From NCBI GenBank assembly GCA_020891255.1, contig BQFW01000012.1, forward strand, positions 2,542,001 to 2,606,000: a stretch of DNA of 64,000 nucleotides, written 5' to 3'. The notes beneath the pieces were generated by a model. That model was not told the origin of the DNA, did not search any database, and worked only from the letters and a program-made list of their open reading frames with translations. Shown in pieces: positions 61,889-64,000 of the stretch. The translations under genes and the position numbers were made by a program. Within the stretch, counting starts at the first letter, position 1. The number at the start of each line of letters is the position of its first letter. This DNA comes from Entomortierella parvispora E1425 (taxonomy: Eukaryota > Fungi > Mortierellomycota).

Positions 61889-64000
61889 ATGAAGCGAGCT
61901 CCACTCGGCGAGATCTCGATGCGCAAGCCGCTTGGCGAGATACACATTACCCGGGCGGACACGACCGACGACCAAGCAGGTCCAAGCCATCAAGAGCTGC
62001 ACAAGCAACAACAACAACAACAACAACAACAACAACCACGGCATTATCAGCGACAACAACAGCGACAACAAAATCAGGAGCATCGCGAGCAAAATCAATC
62101 CGAGAATGACCAGGATTATCCACCGCATTCGGAAGAACGCCAACCATACTCATTAACGCATGGTGATGCATCTTCGCCTGCTCGTGAGGAATACTCTTGC
62201 ACTTCGGACGAGGATGTGAAGCACCCTCAGTATCAGGGTCGGCAACATATTCTTCGGTCACGGCAACAAACACCCGAGCGCAAGTCGCGGCAGCACTATC
62301 CAGAATGGTGTGGACCACAGAGACGAGGATCAAGATATCTCTTCTCCATGATCCATCGAAGTCAGAGAATTGACCTTGAACGAGAGGTGTCCAGGTAAAG
62401 GGCATAGTGCCACTCGTGCTGCTCCCAAAGGCAAGCTATGAGTATCATTCTACCCGTCGTGCAAGATCTCCTTACTAAGTGACAAAGTACATTCCTCTTA
62501 TTGTTTCCCTACAGCGCTGAAGAGCTCTTTGAAACGCGTCCACGGCTCCTTTGGTCAGAGAACTACGACCCCAATCTATCGCCTGATATCTCGGACTGGG
62601 ACGATGAACCCATCCTTCAACCCTGGCTGGCCAAAGAGATTGCCGCAGAAGGCGACGATGAATTGAACAGCGCGCAACATGATGCAAACTCGAGCAACGA
62701 GTTCGATACCCAACACCCTCAACGGAAATCTTCCGCACCTGTGGTCTCTTATCCCCCGGGGACCACTGTACCGGCAACTGCGGTGGAAGAAAAAGGTGCA
62801 GCTGAAGTGGACTACGAAGACTTTGATGAAGAGCCTGGTGAAGAAGCTGACGATGAACGCGATGACGATGATGAACGGCCTCTCCGGAAGCGTCGCCGCA
62901 CCCCAGAGTATTCGGGCTCTACACCAGCCGCTCGACAGCCTGCCCCGCTCTCGAAACAATCGGCCGCATCCGACGAAGGCTATTTTGATATTATTGCAGC
63001 CTCGCGGCTACCGTGTGCAAATGATATCCCAGAGGTTGGTCCCTCTTCCGCTGCAATGGCCATCGCCCCTGTCGCTGCCTTCCATATTCGACCTGATACT
63101 CCCGAGATAGAAAAGGGCCTGCAACATTCAGGAGACAATGTCGAGAGCTCAGCACCCTCCGAAAAGTCTGTTGACATTAAGGAGAGCATGGACAAGGAGA
63201 ACAAGGACAAGGAGAACAAGGACCTGACTGAGGTTGATGCCGTTGGAATCCATGCTGACGGTGGCAAGCCGGACAAGGAGAACCCCTCAGATGTCCATGC
63301 CAAATCAACGCCTCAAGTTGATCTTAAGGAGCAACTCGGCCTACCAATTTCTGACCAAGAACAGCCAGCAGCAGCAGACGACGTGTCCTATGAATCTCAA
63401 GATATGTACTACGAGGACGACATTGAAGCGGATCTATCGGCTTATTTTGACGGCGATACTAAGCTGTCTGCAGTTCTCAACGACGAAGATGATTCTGATA
63501 AGGAGAATCAGGAACCATTTAACAAGGATGACTACAATCCGAATGATGGCGCCCAATCAGGATATGAACCGGTTGAAAGAGACGCTCGCGCTACCGAAAG
63601 TGGGGAGTCTGATCAAGAGAACGCCCCCATTTACACCACAACCCTACCTCCATCCATACCAGAGGAAGACGAAGAATCGGACAAGGAGAACCAAAAGCCG
63701 ACGTATGGGACAGATGAACATCTCCAAGAAGCCGCCCAGGAGAGCGATTACGAACGCGAGTCGATCGAAAGCGAGGTTTTCATTGTTGGGGATGACTACT
63801 CTGATGGTCCGTCTGATAAAGTGGATGACGTGCAAGTATTCAACTCGAAATATCCTCTTTACTTTGACGACTCTGGATTTGGGCACTCGGAGTGTTTCGA
63901 TGGCGCGTGCAGTCCATCGGGGCTTGTTCAAGAGGCCGACTCATTCTCCACACGCGAACCACAGCATCACAATGACACCCCTTGTACGCCGCTTTCACGA
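61889..64000 (+). CDS. Hypothetical acidic, disordered protein with D-box-like and multiple KEN motifs; 3'-truncated; intron 62395-62514
   Basis: MKRAPLGEISMRKPLGEIHI start; the spliced frame stays open to the window end and contains DKEN five times and DQEN once. Confidence 0.75.

Overview
Eukaryotic, intron-containing DNA from an early-diverging fungus. Mortierellaceae-like is my inference from the short GT..AG introns, the gene content and the type of F-box/LRR family. The flanks hold ordinary conserved genes: a PROPPIN (HSV2/WIPI-like), a UFD4-like HECT E3, two GSTs, an SDR, an SNX41/ATG20-like sorting nexin, the CAF-1 large subunit, a PLP aminotransferase, a double-BTB protein, a Zn2Cys6 transcription factor and an L-2-hydroxyglutarate dehydrogenase-like oxidoreductase. 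The dominant feature is a ~21 kb head-to-tail array (16.8-37.7 kb) of intronless F-box/LRR genes. It has 7 intact copies, 2 full-length pseudogenes, 1 F-box-only truncated copy, collapsed relics and an orphan promoter. Eleven units share an upstream GAGGCRYRG(T/C) motif at near-fixed spacing before a TATA/AATAAA box. The array shows higher-order duplication, reciprocal pseudogenisation, chimerism and patchy hypervariability, and it contains one antisense small secreted-protein gene. The gene running off the right end carries two D-box-like motifs and five KEN boxes, with two MCB elements upstream. No tRNA, rRNA, CRISPR or transposon could be supported. All homology calls come from recognising motifs by eye; no searches were run.
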